Of a stretch of 64,000 nucleotides of DNA, positions 37,517-46,723 are shown piece after piece. Under the pieces are notes generated by a model that saw only the letters and a program-made list of their open reading frames with translations, ran no database searches and was not told the origin of the DNA. The stretch covers positions 186,001 to 250,000 of the IMG/VR virus record IMGVR_UViG_3300045971_000577. The stretch is one strand, 5' to 3'. The position numbers and the translations under genes were made by a program. The stretch's first letter is position 1, and each line of letters starts with the position of its first letter.

Positions 37517-39628
37517 TTACTGTTTGTCAATGAGTTTGATGTACTCTGCTACTTCTTTTTCATCCGCCTGATGCAAGTGCTTCAGAAGAGGATACTTTGC
37601 ATACAAAGCTGCCTTTGTATCGTTGATTTCTTTCTTGATTTTGTCTACCGTTACAGCCTTACCATACTGGCCGCACAATGTAACAAGTTGCGAAACATTA
37701 CCATTGGCACGCTTTACGCTACCATATTTAGCCATGTATTTGGCATAATCCGAGGTCGAATCGACCATCTTTGCAACATTTGCATTAGTATAAATGCGAG
37801 TGGTGTAATGGTCAAGCATTTCCGATGCAACCAGACCGATGATTTGCCTATCACCGACCTTGGCGGTTTCTTCGCGAATCTTTTCTTCGATCCACACCCA
37901 GTTATCCAGTTCAGCAATTTCGGCAGCACGGCTCTTTCGCACACCGTAGATTTCTACGTTGGCTAGCGATGAAATACCGCACTCGTCCATCAACGCCTTC
38001 AGATTATGGATGGGAAATGCGATACCTTCCTTATCTACTGGATCGTAGTTATTCAAAAGGACGTAGTAATACGTCACATTCTCGTCAATCTCGAAATCTG
38101 CAGGGTGGAATGTGTATGATGCAGAATACCCGCGGCGTGCGCACGCCTTTGGCCCCATCTTCATAATGCCTTGAGTGGACGTAGGCTTGGCCTTTTCGCG
38201 CTTTGTCAGCGTGCTGGCGTCAACAATGGTTGGCGGAGTGAACAGCTCGAGCATCAGTGCATCGAATGCTGCGCGTCTATCTTCCACAGTGGCGCCGTTA
38301 TGCGATACGCAAAACACGGTTGCCGTTGCATTGGTGCTGTTGTAATGGTATCGTGCTCGTGCAACGCAACCCGTTTTCAGATCGTTGAATACAAACACCA
38401 CATCCGTGTCTACCGCAATTTCGGTGTACTTGACATAACCACCGCCTGCAACATAATCGCTGCCTTCGCCGGTCTTGTAGGAACTACCGTGACGTGAAGC
38501 AAATGCCTTGATGTCGAATCCACGAGCCGCCAGGTCAGTTTCCTTGAACTTGAATGACTTTCTGCCATAATACGCCAGTGGATCATACAGTGGAAATTTC
38601 GTATCTGCAACATATTTCGCCACAGCAGCCTTGTACAGGTTTTCGTGTGCGCGTTGTTGCAAATACGCTGCGCGAAGCCAAAGATTCTCAATCTCATCTG
38701 CCTTGGTAGCAAGATGGATTGCAAGATTAGCATTCAATTCTTCCAGCTTCTTCTTGATGCTCTTCAGTGTCATCGGAACATAGCTCAGTTCTTCGCGTGA
38801 TGCTGCAAAATCCAGCTCACCAATACCAAACTCCAACGCAAGACCGCATTCGAGCAGATTAGAAAGTTGGCCGAAGTGTTTCTGCGGCTCGGGAATCTTG
38901 CCCAGCGGATAGGCAATGTTGCCCATGATTGCGACAGAGTGATAATTGTGTTCACGGGCATGTACGCCGGGAACAATGTCACGTTCCTTGAACACTTCCG
39001 GCTGTACCGTAAAGTGATCCACACCAATGATTGTGGGCTGCAACTTGAACCACTGGAATACTTCCTGCGATTCGTGCCTGAAGCTGTTGTAATCGTAGCG
39101 GTCGGTAACGCTGAACTTAACTTCGACGCCGTTTCCTTCGTCGGTAAGTTCTTCGCTCATTTCTGCAATGGACGGGACACCAACCTCGTTGATGAACGCA
39201 CTATAAATGCGGCGCGTGCCGTTCTTTATAGCGGTAACGGTAAAGTTTTCCGTGTAGCTGAATGGACTCTTCGAACCAAGTCCAAGTGCGCCAATGAACT
39301 CGTTGGAGTCAGTCTTGGTGGATTCGAAATAGGTGGTGTAAATATTGACAACCTGACTGCCATCAAGTCCGAGACCAAAGTCACGAACGGCAAACCAGGG
39401 TTCGAATTGTGTAGGAAGGTGTACTTCGAAAGGAATATCTGCCTTGCCGGCGCCGACGTGGCTGTCAACGGCGTTGCAGGAAAGTTCCCGGATAATGGCG
39501 CGGATCTTGTTTGAGTACAAGCCGTCCGAAAGAATTTTGAATGCTTTGGCGGAGTTGCGGATTCTGAATTCACCAGTAGTGCCCACGTTAGATAGGACTA
39601 CTTCATTGACTGCGACGTCTAGCTTCAT
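37517..39628 (-). CDS. rIIA: rIIA-like protein (GHKL ATPase fold)
   Basis: LYSNKIRAIIRELSCNAVDSH, RDFGLGL, GALGLGSKSPF; directly upstream of rIIB. Confidence 0.92.
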   Translation of the reverse strand: MKLDVAVNEVVLSNVGTTGEFRIRNSAKAFKILSDGLYSNKIRAIIRELSCNAVDSHVGAGKADIPFEVHLPTQFEPWFAVRDFGLGLDGSQVVNIYTTYFESTKTDSNEFIGALGLGSKSPFSYTENFTVTAIKNGTRRIYSAFINEVGVPSIAEMSEELTDEGNGVEVKFSVTDRYDYNSFRHESQEVFQWFKLQPTIIGVDHFTVQPEVFKERDIVPGVHAREHNYHSVAIMGNIAYPLGKIPEPQKHFGQLSNLLECGLALEFGIGELDFAASREELSYVPMTLKSIKKKLEELNANLAIHLATKADEIENLWLRAAYLQQRAHENLYKAAVAKYVADTKFPLYDPLAYYGRKSFKFKETDLAARGFDIKAFASRHGSSYKTGEGSDYVAGGGYVKYTEIAVDTDVVFVFNDLKTGCVARARYHYNSTNATATVFCVSHNGATVEDRRAAFDALMLELFTPPTIVDASTLTKREKAKPTSTQGIMKMGPKACARRGYSASYTFHPADFEIDENVTYYYVLLNNYDPVDKEGIAFPIHNLKALMDECGISSLANVEIYGVRKSRAAEIAELDNWVWIEEKIREETAKVGDRQIIGLVASEMLDHYTTRIYTNANVAKMVDSTSDYAKYMAKYGSVKRANGNVSQLVTLCGQYGKAVTVDKIKKEINDTKAALYAKYPLLKHLHQADEKEVAEYIKLIDKQ

Positions 39629-39664
39629 GTGTTGTTGTCTTTCTGTTGTAAGTAACGATCACTT

Positions 39665-39693
39665 ATTATGCAATACGCACCATTTGCCGTCAA
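39665..39693 (-). promoter_or_regulatory. Sigma70-type promoter for rIIA/rIIB
   Basis: TTGACG-17-CATAAT. Confidence 0.7.
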
Positions 39694-39781
39694 GTGGATA
39701 AATATGAGTTATATAAGGAATAGTTCCTTGTATGAATAATGTAGATCCTCGAAAGAGAGTAACTATTCTAAGGAGTATATC

Positions 39782-40165
39782 ATGGGAAAACCCATTCAAA
39801 AGAAGAATTTTGGTCCACTCGGCACAGCAGGTAGCCAAATCCGTGTAGCAGGTGCAAAATGGGCCGATGGCACAACTGCAACAGGTATGTATATTGTAAA
39901 GCAAACAGGCTCAAATGCCTATGTTGTCAGCAACGGTACAACAAAGACAGAAATTCTGTTCATGGTAAATGCTGACAACGTCGGTGATTTGCTTCCAGGT
40001 GAGTGCTATATTACAGCAACACCATTCGGCGGTCTAGCACTTCCATGCAAAAAGATTGCACAATATCGTGTTGACATTTTTGCTGCAGACGGTACAGTCG
40101 ATAGCTACAGCTGGTCGAATGTTCCTGCATCTGCACCAGGTCAAGCCGATCTCAACAGAGCATAA
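39782..40165 (+). CDS. Putative late virion protein
   Basis: GATAAATA (39697-39704), AGGAG SD, terminator at ~40181-40208. Confidence 0.75.
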   Translation: MGKPIQKKNFGPLGTAGSQIRVAGAKWADGTTATGMYIVKQTGSNAYVVSNGTTKTEILFMVNADNVGDLLPGECYITATPFGGLALPCKKIAQYRVDIFAADGTVDSYSWSNVPASAPGQADLNRA

Positions 40166-40287
40166 GAAGTTTTGCTCAGCAAAAAGCCGCTCTTGGAGCG
40201 GCTTTTTCATGTATGGCGTCTCTAAGAAGAATCCAACTTCTATCTTGACCTTAGGAGTGTCTTATTCTATGCATTGAACTATAGAGA

Positions 40288-40512
40288 CTATCTTTCTGCT
40301 TTTTCAAGTCTATCGTAGTAATCAGGAAACTCGTTCAAATGATCTAATGCAATTTCTTTAGCAAGGTTGAGATTACCTGTATGTTCTTGTTCAACCTTGA
40401 TACCCTTACGAAGCTGATTTGCGAGATCGTTATACGGAACTCCGTGCTTCTTTAGCACTTCCTGGAAGGAAGGGGTTTTCTTACCCATCATGTCGAATTC
40501 GTATAATCTCAT
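40288..40512 (-). CDS. DUF5661-like small protein (MRLYEF leader)
   Basis: GIKVEQEHT....AKEIALDHL.EFPDYYDRL. Confidence 0.75.
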   Translation of the reverse strand: MRLYEFDMMGKKTPSFQEVLKKHGVPYNDLANQLRKGIKVEQEHTGNLNLAKEIALDHLNEFPDYYDRLEKAER

Positions 40513-40520
40513 TTTGTCCC

Positions 40521-40610
40521 TGGAGGATGATTAAAGAATCGAACTTTCCCCGGCTCATCACCGAGGGGCAAACTTTCGAAATTTGTTAGCGCCCAGCGCA
40601 CCTATCATCC
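40521..40610 (-). tRNA. tRNA-Ser(CGA), atypical class II
   Basis: GGATGAT/ATCATCC acceptor, U73, CCA; loop TT-CGA-AA; long variable arm; 5-bp D stem; 4-bp T stem. Confidence 0.75.
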
Positions 40611-40620
40611 AAAATACTAT

Positions 40621-40785
40621 TTATCGACGTTCATCGTAATCGTGATCTCGGTCGTATAGGCTCTCCCTGTCCCACCTCTGTTTCTTCTCATCTAACACTG
40701 GTTCATTCTTCCTGAACTTGCGTAACCGATGCGAATCATCATTATCGTCATCATACTCGAAATCATCATACGAGCGTCTTTCCAT
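40621..40785 (-). CDS. 54-aa highly charged protein
   Basis: Hand-translated MERRSYDDFEYDDD...DERR. Confidence 0.5.
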   Translation of the reverse strand: MERRSYDDFEYDDDNDDSHRLRKFRKNEPVLDEKKQRWDRESLYDRDHDYDERR

Positions 40786-40789
40786 GATA

Positions 40790-41017
40790 TTATCCTAGTC
40801 TTTGTTTCAATCCGGAAAATCCACCGGGTAAATATTCATTATCAAGAAAAATCTGCGGTATTGATTTTACCTTTCCGCCGATTCGTTGTTCCATTTGTTC
40901 TAGATTATTTTCTGTGTCAATGTCGATGTATTCGTATTGTATTGCCTTACTTTCGCAAAGAGCAATAGCATTTTTACAAAATCCGCACCAAGGTGCACCA
41001 TATATATCTACTTTCAT
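40790..41017 (-). CDS. Glutaredoxin
   Basis: CGFC active site, SIPQIF, GGF. Confidence 0.9.
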   Translation of the reverse strand: MKVDIYGAPWCGFCKNAIALCESKAIQYEYIDIDTENNLEQMEQRIGGKVKSIPQIFLDNEYLPGGFSGLKQRLG

Positions 41018-41093
41018 AATAGTCTCCTGATTGAACTATTACTTATTATAACTACTACTGCAAATAAAAATATACAGAATCATCGATCTGCTG

Positions 41094-41306
41094 TCAATCA
41101 ATCACGCTCATAAACTCCAGCTTGCCGTCGGGATATTCAAAAAATCCTATAGTGGTTACACCGTGCCTATCGAACGGAACTTCCTTTGGAAGCTCGGTAA
41201 TTTTTACCACGAGCACATTCTTTCGATATGTTTCTGTGATCTTGATAATATCGCCCTTGATGCCGTTGAAGGAGAATCTACTACCTTCCCTGAAAAATGA
41301 TGCCAT
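41094..41306 (-). CDS. Hypothetical protein
   Basis: ORF after tRNA-Arg. Confidence 0.6.
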   Translation of the reverse strand: MASFFREGSRFSFNGIKGDIIKITETYRKNVLVVKITELPKEVPFDRHGVTTIGFFEYPDGKLEFMSVID

Positions 41307-41325
41307 ACTTGCCTTTTGTTATTAT

Positions 41326-41400
41326 TGGTGCCCCTGCCAGGAGTTAAACCTGGACCGCATTCTTCGGAGGAATGCATGATATTCATTTCACCACAGGGAC
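41326..41400 (-). tRNA. tRNA-Arg(CCG)
   Basis: Cloverleaf, loop CT-CCG-AA, CCA; atypical T-loop TTTAACT. Confidence 0.85.
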
Positions 41401-41402
41401 AG

Positions 41403-41476
41403 TGGTGCTGGTTGACCGGATTGAACGGTCGTCCCCACGTTACGAGGGTGGGATATTGCCACTATACTAAACCAGC
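41403..41476 (-). tRNA. tRNA-Thr(CGT)
   Basis: Cloverleaf, loop CT-CGT-AA, CCA; C-C mismatch at 31:39. Confidence 0.85.
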
Positions 41477-41479
41477 GTT

Positions 41480-41728
41480 TTAGTCTCCCTTTGCGAAGAC
41501 TATCGTATCGAGATCGATTACATCTTTATTTACCGATTCTCTCATTCGTTCGATTGACTTTAGGAGCTCCTCAATTGTTTCACCGGATGGCCCCACCGAA
41601 TTTTCGGTTGTCGCATTGATTTCGCCCTTACTGTTGTAATAAACCTCGTGTATTGCAAGGTTTACTTCCTCATCTTGTGTTCCTTTGCTGTAAGTGGTCT
41701 TACAGACACGATAGTTCCAATGAGACAT
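41480..41728 (-). CDS. Hypothetical protein
   Basis: MSHWNYRV...IHEVYY ORF. Confidence 0.7.
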   Translation of the reverse strand: MSHWNYRVCKTTYSKGTQDEEVNLAIHEVYYNSKGEINATTENSVGPSGETIEELLKSIERMRESVNKDVIDLDTIVFAKGD

Positions 41729-41729
41729 A

Positions 41730-42203
41730 TCAATACCTTATTTTAGATTCATCGTATTCAAAACAGTAAACTAATCCGTTACCATATTGATTGTTGTATG
41801 TTGTCGTTCCGCACATGTCGGAATCTTTGTAGAAATACATTCTATCGTTATGCATGAATATCAGCATAAGGAAATCAAGCTTCAGTATCTGCACTGCCTT
41901 CTGATAATCTGTAAACTTCTTATCAACTGTGAAGCATTGTTTGCCACAAGCTGGGTAAATTGCAGACTTTACCTTTACGTCCACCCCGTAATTGCCCTTG
42001 CTTGTATTCTTGTTGTATACCGCAAAATCTGGCAAAACTACACGGCCTTCCGTACCCTTTAGGCGCGGGCCGTGACCTTTGCCGTGTACCTGATAACGCA
42101 TGTCCTGAACGTAGCTATTATGTCTTTCAAGATATGGAAGTACAATATCTTCACCTGCGGTACCTATGGCAAGTTTTTCTTCAAAGTCATCGTCTGATTT
42201 CAT
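41730..42203 (-). CDS. Hypothetical, PD-(D/E)xK-like nuclease
   Basis: LPDF...VDVK motif. Confidence 0.45.
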   Translation of the reverse strand: MKSDDDFEEKLAIGTAGEDIVLPYLERHNSYVQDMRYQVHGKGHGPRLKGTEGRVVLPDFAVYNKNTSKGNYGVDVKVKSAIYPACGKQCFTVDKKFTDYQKAVQILKLDFLMLIFMHNDRMYFYKDSDMCGTTTYNNQYGNGLVYCFEYDESKIRY

Positions 42204-42663
42204 CTCTCACCTGCATAAGAACTTCGCCGAGCCAATTTGTGCCATTCCATAGAGCAGGGTTTGTTGCACGTGGGTCATCTACTGACATCCCAATGCCCCA
42301 AATCTTATCTGTAGGGCTTGCTTCTACAATAATGGTGTCTTCTGTGTCGAGTAATGTTGTCAGGCAGTATGTATCTTGCATGAACTTTGATACAAGTCCT
42401 TCAACCATAATGGGTTTGCATTTAGCATCCCACACGCTCTTCACAAATCCGCGAACTTCTCTTCCAAGAAACTTCTGATTACGTGGATGACCTTGCTGCA
42501 TAATCATATCAGCAACATCGTAATCCGTGAACATCATTGCTTTCATCCGCATCATATACTGTTCAGAACAGTTATACTCATGTCCATTGTGAACAAATGG
42601 ACACATATACCAGTTAGAAAACGGATGGGACGAACTATAAAAGAAAGTAAACTCGGCAGTCAT
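42187..42663 (-). CDS. NADAR (YbiA-like) protein
   Basis: PFSNWY, SEQYMM..KA, KFLGREV, VEASPTDKIWGIG, NWLGEVLMQVR. Confidence 0.9.
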   Translation of the reverse strand: MTAEFTFFYSSSHPFSNWYMCPFVHNGHEYNCSEQYMMRMKAMMFTDYDVADMIMQQGHPRNQKFLGREVRGFVKSVWDAKCKPIMVEGLVSKFMQDTYCLTTLLDTEDTIIVEASPTDKIWGIGMSVDDPRATNPALWNGTNWLGEVLMQVRDEIRR

Positions 42664-42683
42664 TGGTTGCTTTCGAAGTGTGT

Positions 42684-42757
42684 TGGTACCCCCGGAAAGA
42701 TTCGAACTTTCGCGATGCAAGTTTAGAAGACTCGCCGCCTAATCCATAGGCGGGGGT
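42684..42757 (-). tRNA. tRNA-Arg(TCT)
   Basis: ACCCCCG/CGGGGGT acceptor, loop CT-TCT-AA, TTCGAAT, CCA. Confidence 0.8.
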
Positions 42758-42763
42758 GATGTT

Positions 42764-42838
42764 TGGTAGGACGTAAAGGAGTTGAACCTTTCACCTCAAT
42801 CTTGTCACGATTGCAATCTACCGCTGATATAACGTCCC
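42764..42838 (-). tRNA. tRNA-Val(GAC)
   Basis: Cloverleaf, loop GT-GAC-AA (unusual G32), CCA. Confidence 0.85.
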
Positions 42839-42840
42839 AA

Positions 42841-43071
42841 TTATTTTACTGGTGTAATTTGATGATTTGCTTTTATTCTGTCGTGAAAGTATTTACCCTT
42901 TGATGGAGTTTTATTCCATTGGTCAAATACTGCACGAGTAATTCCTAAGATAGAATAGGCTTTTCCGTTGGATAAACGCATCGTCAACTTCTTGTTTGGA
43001 CGATTATATATCAATTCGCTTATCCAGGTCGAAGTTACCTTCTTCTCTGTTAGAAACTCATCTGCTCTCAT
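42841..43071 (-). CDS. KTSC domain protein (MRADEF leader)
   Basis: VTSTWI...YN...SKGKYFHDRIK. Confidence 0.8.
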   Translation of the reverse strand: MRADEFLTEKKVTSTWISELIYNRPNKKLTMRLSNGKAYSILGITRAVFDQWNKTPSKGKYFHDRIKANHQITPVK

Positions 43072-43119
43072 TCTTTACACTCGCAAGTATATTATTTATC
43101 TCTGCGATTGTCAAGTGGT

Positions 43120-43524
43120 TTACTCGATGGTGCGTCTAATCCATCCTGGCAAGAAGCTCTTACCGGCAGCCGGTTGATCTTCTATCACTGGTTCTACCGT
43201 AACTTCGGGAACAATGTTAGGTGCAATATCTACGATAGTTTCAGGAACAGGTGGTGCAGGAACAACTGCCGATACAATCGTCGGCATATCTTCGGGTTTC
43301 ACAAAGGCCAACATTCCTGCGGCTGCTTCCATAATCTCTAGCGGAGTAGGATATGGTGGAAATGGCGGGTGCGGCAATATTCTGTGTTCGTTGACCCAGG
43401 CAATGTGCCTATCGATCAACCAAGTGTTATGTTCGGTGGCGCGTCTATACTTATATTCTTCGTTTAGCATTTCGCTTGCCAGCTTCAAAACTTCGAATCT
43501 GTGATTTACATTATCGGGTGTCAT
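43120..43524 (-). CDS. Pro-rich hypothetical protein
   Basis: Start MTPDNV coupled by TAATG; RFEVLKLASEML motif. Confidence 0.65.
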   Translation of the reverse strand: MTPDNVNHRFEVLKLASEMLNEEYKYRRATEHNTWLIDRHIAWVNEHRILPHPPFPPYPTPLEIMEAAAGMLAFVKPEDMPTIVSAVVPAPPVPETIVDIAPNIVPEVTVEPVIEDQPAAGKSFLPGWIRRTIE

Positions 43525-43718
43525 TATATTCTTCCAAGTGCGGCTATTGCAGCCATAGGTAGTGGCATCGACGCCGACATTATAACCTGCAATAGTATTG
43601 CATTCTGAAAGCAATACGAATGATGGTGTGGTCGTGCTATAGATAGATAAAGTTGATATCTAGTATCGGAACAATACTGTCTATGTCTATGAATATGCCC
43701 GTGTTCAAATCTATACAT
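43524..43718 (-). CDS. His/Arg-rich small protein
   Basis: GGAG SD; coupled to the next gene. Confidence 0.5.
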   Translation of the reverse strand: MYRFEHGHIHRHRQYCSDTRYQLYLSIARPHHHSYCFQNAILLQVIMSASMPLPMAAIAALGRI

Positions 43719-43790
43719 ACGTTCTCCAAAAAAAGGAAAGGCCCTTTAGTGACCTTTCCTTGCCTTACACATCAACGGACCTACTTAGTA

Positions 43791-44384
43791 TTATGTTGGG
43801 TAGGTTGCAGTCACTGGAGGACCGTATGTAACGGTTCCCTCACAATGTCCACGGTGACCATGATTGCGGTCATGGAATTTCGATGCCAATAGTTCTTGGC
43901 GAAGTTCATCCACTGTGGTTGAGTTCATCAATGCGCGAGTTTGATTTCCATCAGCAACGATTTGCTGACCAATCAATGCCTGACCAAGTGCTGCTGCGGC
44001 TGCTGTCTTTGCACCTTCAAGGGCTGTCGCTGCCTGGCCTGTTAGGGCTGCTGAATTGATAGCTGCTAGGGTGTTTGCAAACTGCATGTCTGTACCAGCC
44101 TTTAGGGCTGCTAGTGCTGTTGCATTTGCAAAGGATTGTGCTTGCGATGCGATGAAGTATGCTGTGTCTTGAGCAACAACACGGTCAGCTTCAGAACCTG
44201 TACGGTCTGAATTTGCCCATCCTGCTGTCTTAACTGCATCAACAACTGATCCAGCTTCTGATGCGTTTTCACGACGAATGTTTGCGCCGATCTGTTCTGC
44301 TTCTCTACGAATGTCAGCTTGTCCCATCAATAGTTGACTTACGTCAAGTTGACCGGTTACTGTACCTGTTACGATATCTGCCAT
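43791..44384 (-). CDS. Ala-rich hypothetical protein
   Basis: AAGGAAAA SD; biased codon usage; DGNQTRALMN motif. Confidence 0.8.
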   Translation of the reverse strand: MADIVTGTVTGQLDVSQLLMGQADIRREAEQIGANIRRENASEAGSVVDAVKTAGWANSDRTGSEADRVVAQDTAYFIASQAQSFANATALAALKAGTDMQFANTLAAINSAALTGQAATALEGAKTAAAAALGQALIGQQIVADGNQTRALMNSTTVDELRQELLASKFHDRNHGHRGHCEGTVTYGPPVTATYPT

Positions 44385-44500
44385 ATTATGGTTTTCCTTA
44401 TAAGTAGCTACGGAAGAACCTATTTCTTTTTGTAGCTACTATTACTTACAGTGATATGAGGCTAAAGAAACCACGCGCTAGTATATGATACACTCCAGTA

Positions 44501-45172
44501 TTATGCTTTTAGGGATGAACTTGCTGCTAATGCAAGTTGGGTACGGTTTCTAACACCATACTCTTTCAAGATTGCACTCATGTGAATCTTTACTGTACTT
44601 TCGGATATCTTCAGGGCACTTGCTATCTTCTTGTTTGACAATCCACGATTGCATACAAGCGATAATACTTGATTTTGACGAGTGGTAAGGTGTATACCTG
44701 CAGCGCGGGTTGGCTTTATTTCAATCACAGAACTACCTGCTACATCACGTGGCCAGTGGCTGTGTCCTTGTAGAAGTCTTCTTAGAGCCACCACTGCTGG
44801 CTCATATCCGTATCTAGATACTGCGGGGACTACACCCATTAGTTCGGTACCTTGCATTGCTTTGATAAATGTATGATTGCATGGTTCTGATAAGACTACC
44901 GCCATATGCATTTTTGTAGAGAACGAAATACATCTATGCATTGTAGAAATCATGCCAACTATTTCATTTATGGTTATTTCTTTATCGCATAATGCACCTG
45001 CATCTACCAAAATTAGTAACGGTGTCATATCGAGAAGAGAAATCATGCCAATCCTAGTTATGAGTAATGCCCACGAAGTGCATACCTCAATTGTAGATCC
45101 TATGTCATTTTCGAGACGAAGTATTAGAGACTGATCGATAATCGATGGATCTGCGTGAAAATATACTATCAT
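44501..45172 (-). CDS. LuxR/NarL-type transcription regulator with degenerate receiver domain
   Basis: LTTRQNQVL...GLSNKKIA..LKISESTVKIHMSAIL..YGVRNRTQL. Confidence 0.85.
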   Translation of the reverse strand: MIVYFHADPSIIDQSLILRLENDIGSTIEVCTSWALLITRIGMISLLDMTPLLILVDAGALCDKEITINEIVGMISTMHRCISFSTKMHMAVVLSEPCNHTFIKAMQGTELMGVVPAVSRYGYEPAVVALRRLLQGHSHWPRDVAGSSVIEIKPTRAAGIHLTTRQNQVLSLVCNRGLSNKKIASALKISESTVKIHMSAILKEYGVRNRTQLALAASSSLKA

Positions 45173-45304
45173 TTTTACCCTCCGGGTACTATACTATTAC
45201 TTACTTGATATACGAACGTCATAATAGCCATTATAGTGGTAGTAATACTTCATGTGTACGGTATCGCACACTCTGTGGGCTACCGTACATAAGGAACGGC
45301 CAAT

Positions 45305-45331
45305 AAAAAAGGGCCCTTCGGGGCCCTTTTT
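45305..45331. terminator. Bidirectional terminator
   Basis: A6-GGGCCC-TTCG-GGCCC-T5. Confidence 0.8.
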
Positions 45332-45346
45332 GTACTGAAATCTGTA

Positions 45347-45823
45347 TCATTCTTTATGCGTTATGTATTCGACAAACCTATATCTATGATTATCATCACT
45401 TGATGATGTCTCACTACTTATCCTCCACAGTGCGGAATCGATGTTCGGAAAGAACGTGTCTGCTTCGCACTCGATATCAACGTGAGTTATTACCAGCTTA
45501 TCAGCGAATTCGATAGTTTGTGCATAAACAGATGCACCACCTATAACCACAATCTCGGGATAGCAGTGTTCAATGGATAATGCGTCCTTGACGCTTTTTG
45601 CACGAATTGCTGCGCCGTGCAGATCTTGAGTGGAAATTACTATACACTTTCGTCCAGGCAGTGGCTTACGCCCAATGCTCGTGAAAGTATTATGACCCAT
45701 GATAACAACCTTTCCCAGGGTGTATTTTTTGAAGTGCTTTAGATCCTCTGGAATATGCCACAGAAGTTTATTTCCTAAGCCGATCTCGTTATTTCGGCCT
45801 ATTGCTGCAATCAGTGTTATCAT
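45347..45823 (-). CDS. folA: Dihydrofolate reductase
   Basis: IG.GNKLLWHIPEDLKHFK, IMGHNT, PLPGR, IGGASVY, DTFFP. Confidence 0.95.
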   Translation of the reverse strand: MITLIAAIGRNNEIGLGNKLLWHIPEDLKHFKKYTLGKVVIMGHNTFTSIGRKPLPGRKCIVISTQDLHGAAIRAKSVKDALSIEHCYPEIVVIGGASVYAQTIEFADKLVITHVDIECEADTFFPNIDSALWRISSETSSSDDNHRYRFVEYITHKE

Positions 45824-46110
45824 TTTGGTGGATGGAGAATATCTTCGCAGGCTGATCTAAGCTGTGTTAGTGGAGCCTTTAGTTCTTTAAGCTTCTCTGA
45901 AGCCATTGTAGTTATTATTGCTGCCGATTCCATCGGACCATGTGTGTTGCGTATAGCATCACATTCCATCTGCAATAATCTGAGACCATTTCTATTCTCG
46001 ATTGGTGCTTTTAGAATTTGTTGTTCTAGAAGGTCTTTACGACGACGCTCGAACTCAACCGGGTCGGTTTCGTAAAGTTTAGCCCATTCATCAAAAGAAA
46101 AATCGTCCAT
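45820..46110 (-). CDS. DUF3135-like protein
   Basis: FSFDEWAKLYETDPVEFE. Confidence 0.7.
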   Translation of the reverse strand: MDDFSFDEWAKLYETDPVEFERRRKDLLEQQILKAPIENRNGLRLLQMECDAIRNTHGPMESAAIITTMASEKLKELKAPLTQLRSACEDILHPPK

Positions 46111-46120
46111 TCAAATCTTA

Positions 46121-46212
46121 TGGTAGGAGCGTAGGGAATCGGACCCTATCGAGAACACCTATCTAGTGCTAAGAGGCTTATAAGACCTCCCTGACTGCCA
46201 AGTCTCGCTCCC
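46121..46212 (-). tRNA. Class-II-type tRNA with UAU anticodon (Ile-like)
   Basis: GGGAGCG/CGCTCCT acceptor, A73, CCA; loop CT-TAT-AA; 24-nt variable region; T-loop TCCGATT. Confidence 0.7.
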
Positions 46213-46218
46213 AAATTC

Positions 46219-46341
46219 TTATTTCTTTGCTTTGAATGCTGCCCATTTTGCTTCAACAAAAGACTGAAATGCTTTTGCCCAAAATGGTTGTGGGAAATTC
46301 CAACCTACAAATGCACCAAGTGCGATCCATACTAATGTCAT
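46219..46341 (-). CDS. 40-aa membrane protein
   Basis: Hand-translated MTLVWIALGAFVGWNFPQPFWAK...; AGGAG SD. Confidence 0.6.
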   Translation of the reverse strand: MTLVWIALGAFVGWNFPQPFWAKAFQSFVEAKWAAFKAKK

Positions 46342-46369
46342 GTCAGTTACTCCTGTGAGTAACTATTTA

Positions 46370-46642
46370 TCATTTAGTTGCTTTGGCCTTACCTATTTCT
46401 ATTTGGAACTCAAGTCTGTCTCTCTTCAGAAACTCGTTGTATTCGTCGCCAGTGATCTGTCTAAATCTGCCTTCTTCCGACCATTCGTCATAAGGGCGAT
46501 GCCAGGTCTTGTATTCGAAGGGATAGACATGATGATATACAACCCACTTGGTGTTATCTACTGTGCTTTCTGAAATATCAAGCACATGATATAAACCACC
46601 ATAACGGTGTTGGTAGTATACGCCTACTTTTGGAGTTGCCAT
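46370..46642 (-). CDS. DUF1653 domain protein
   Basis: YYQHRYGGLY.V...VVY...WHRPYDEW. Confidence 0.75.
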   Translation of the reverse strand: MATPKVGVYYQHRYGGLYHVLDISESTVDNTKWVVYHHVYPFEYKTWHRPYDEWSEEGRFRQITGDEYNEFLKRDRLEFQIEIGKAKATK

Positions 46643-46649
46643 TTTTGTT

Positions 46650-46723
46650 TGGAGCGGGATAGGAGAATCGAACTCCTTTGACTAGCTTGGAAGGCTAGGA
46701 CACAACCAATATGCCAATCCCGC
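46650..46723 (-). tRNA. tRNA-Gly(TCC)
   Basis: GCGGGAT/ATCCCGC, loop CT-TCC-AA, U73, CCA. Confidence 0.92.
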
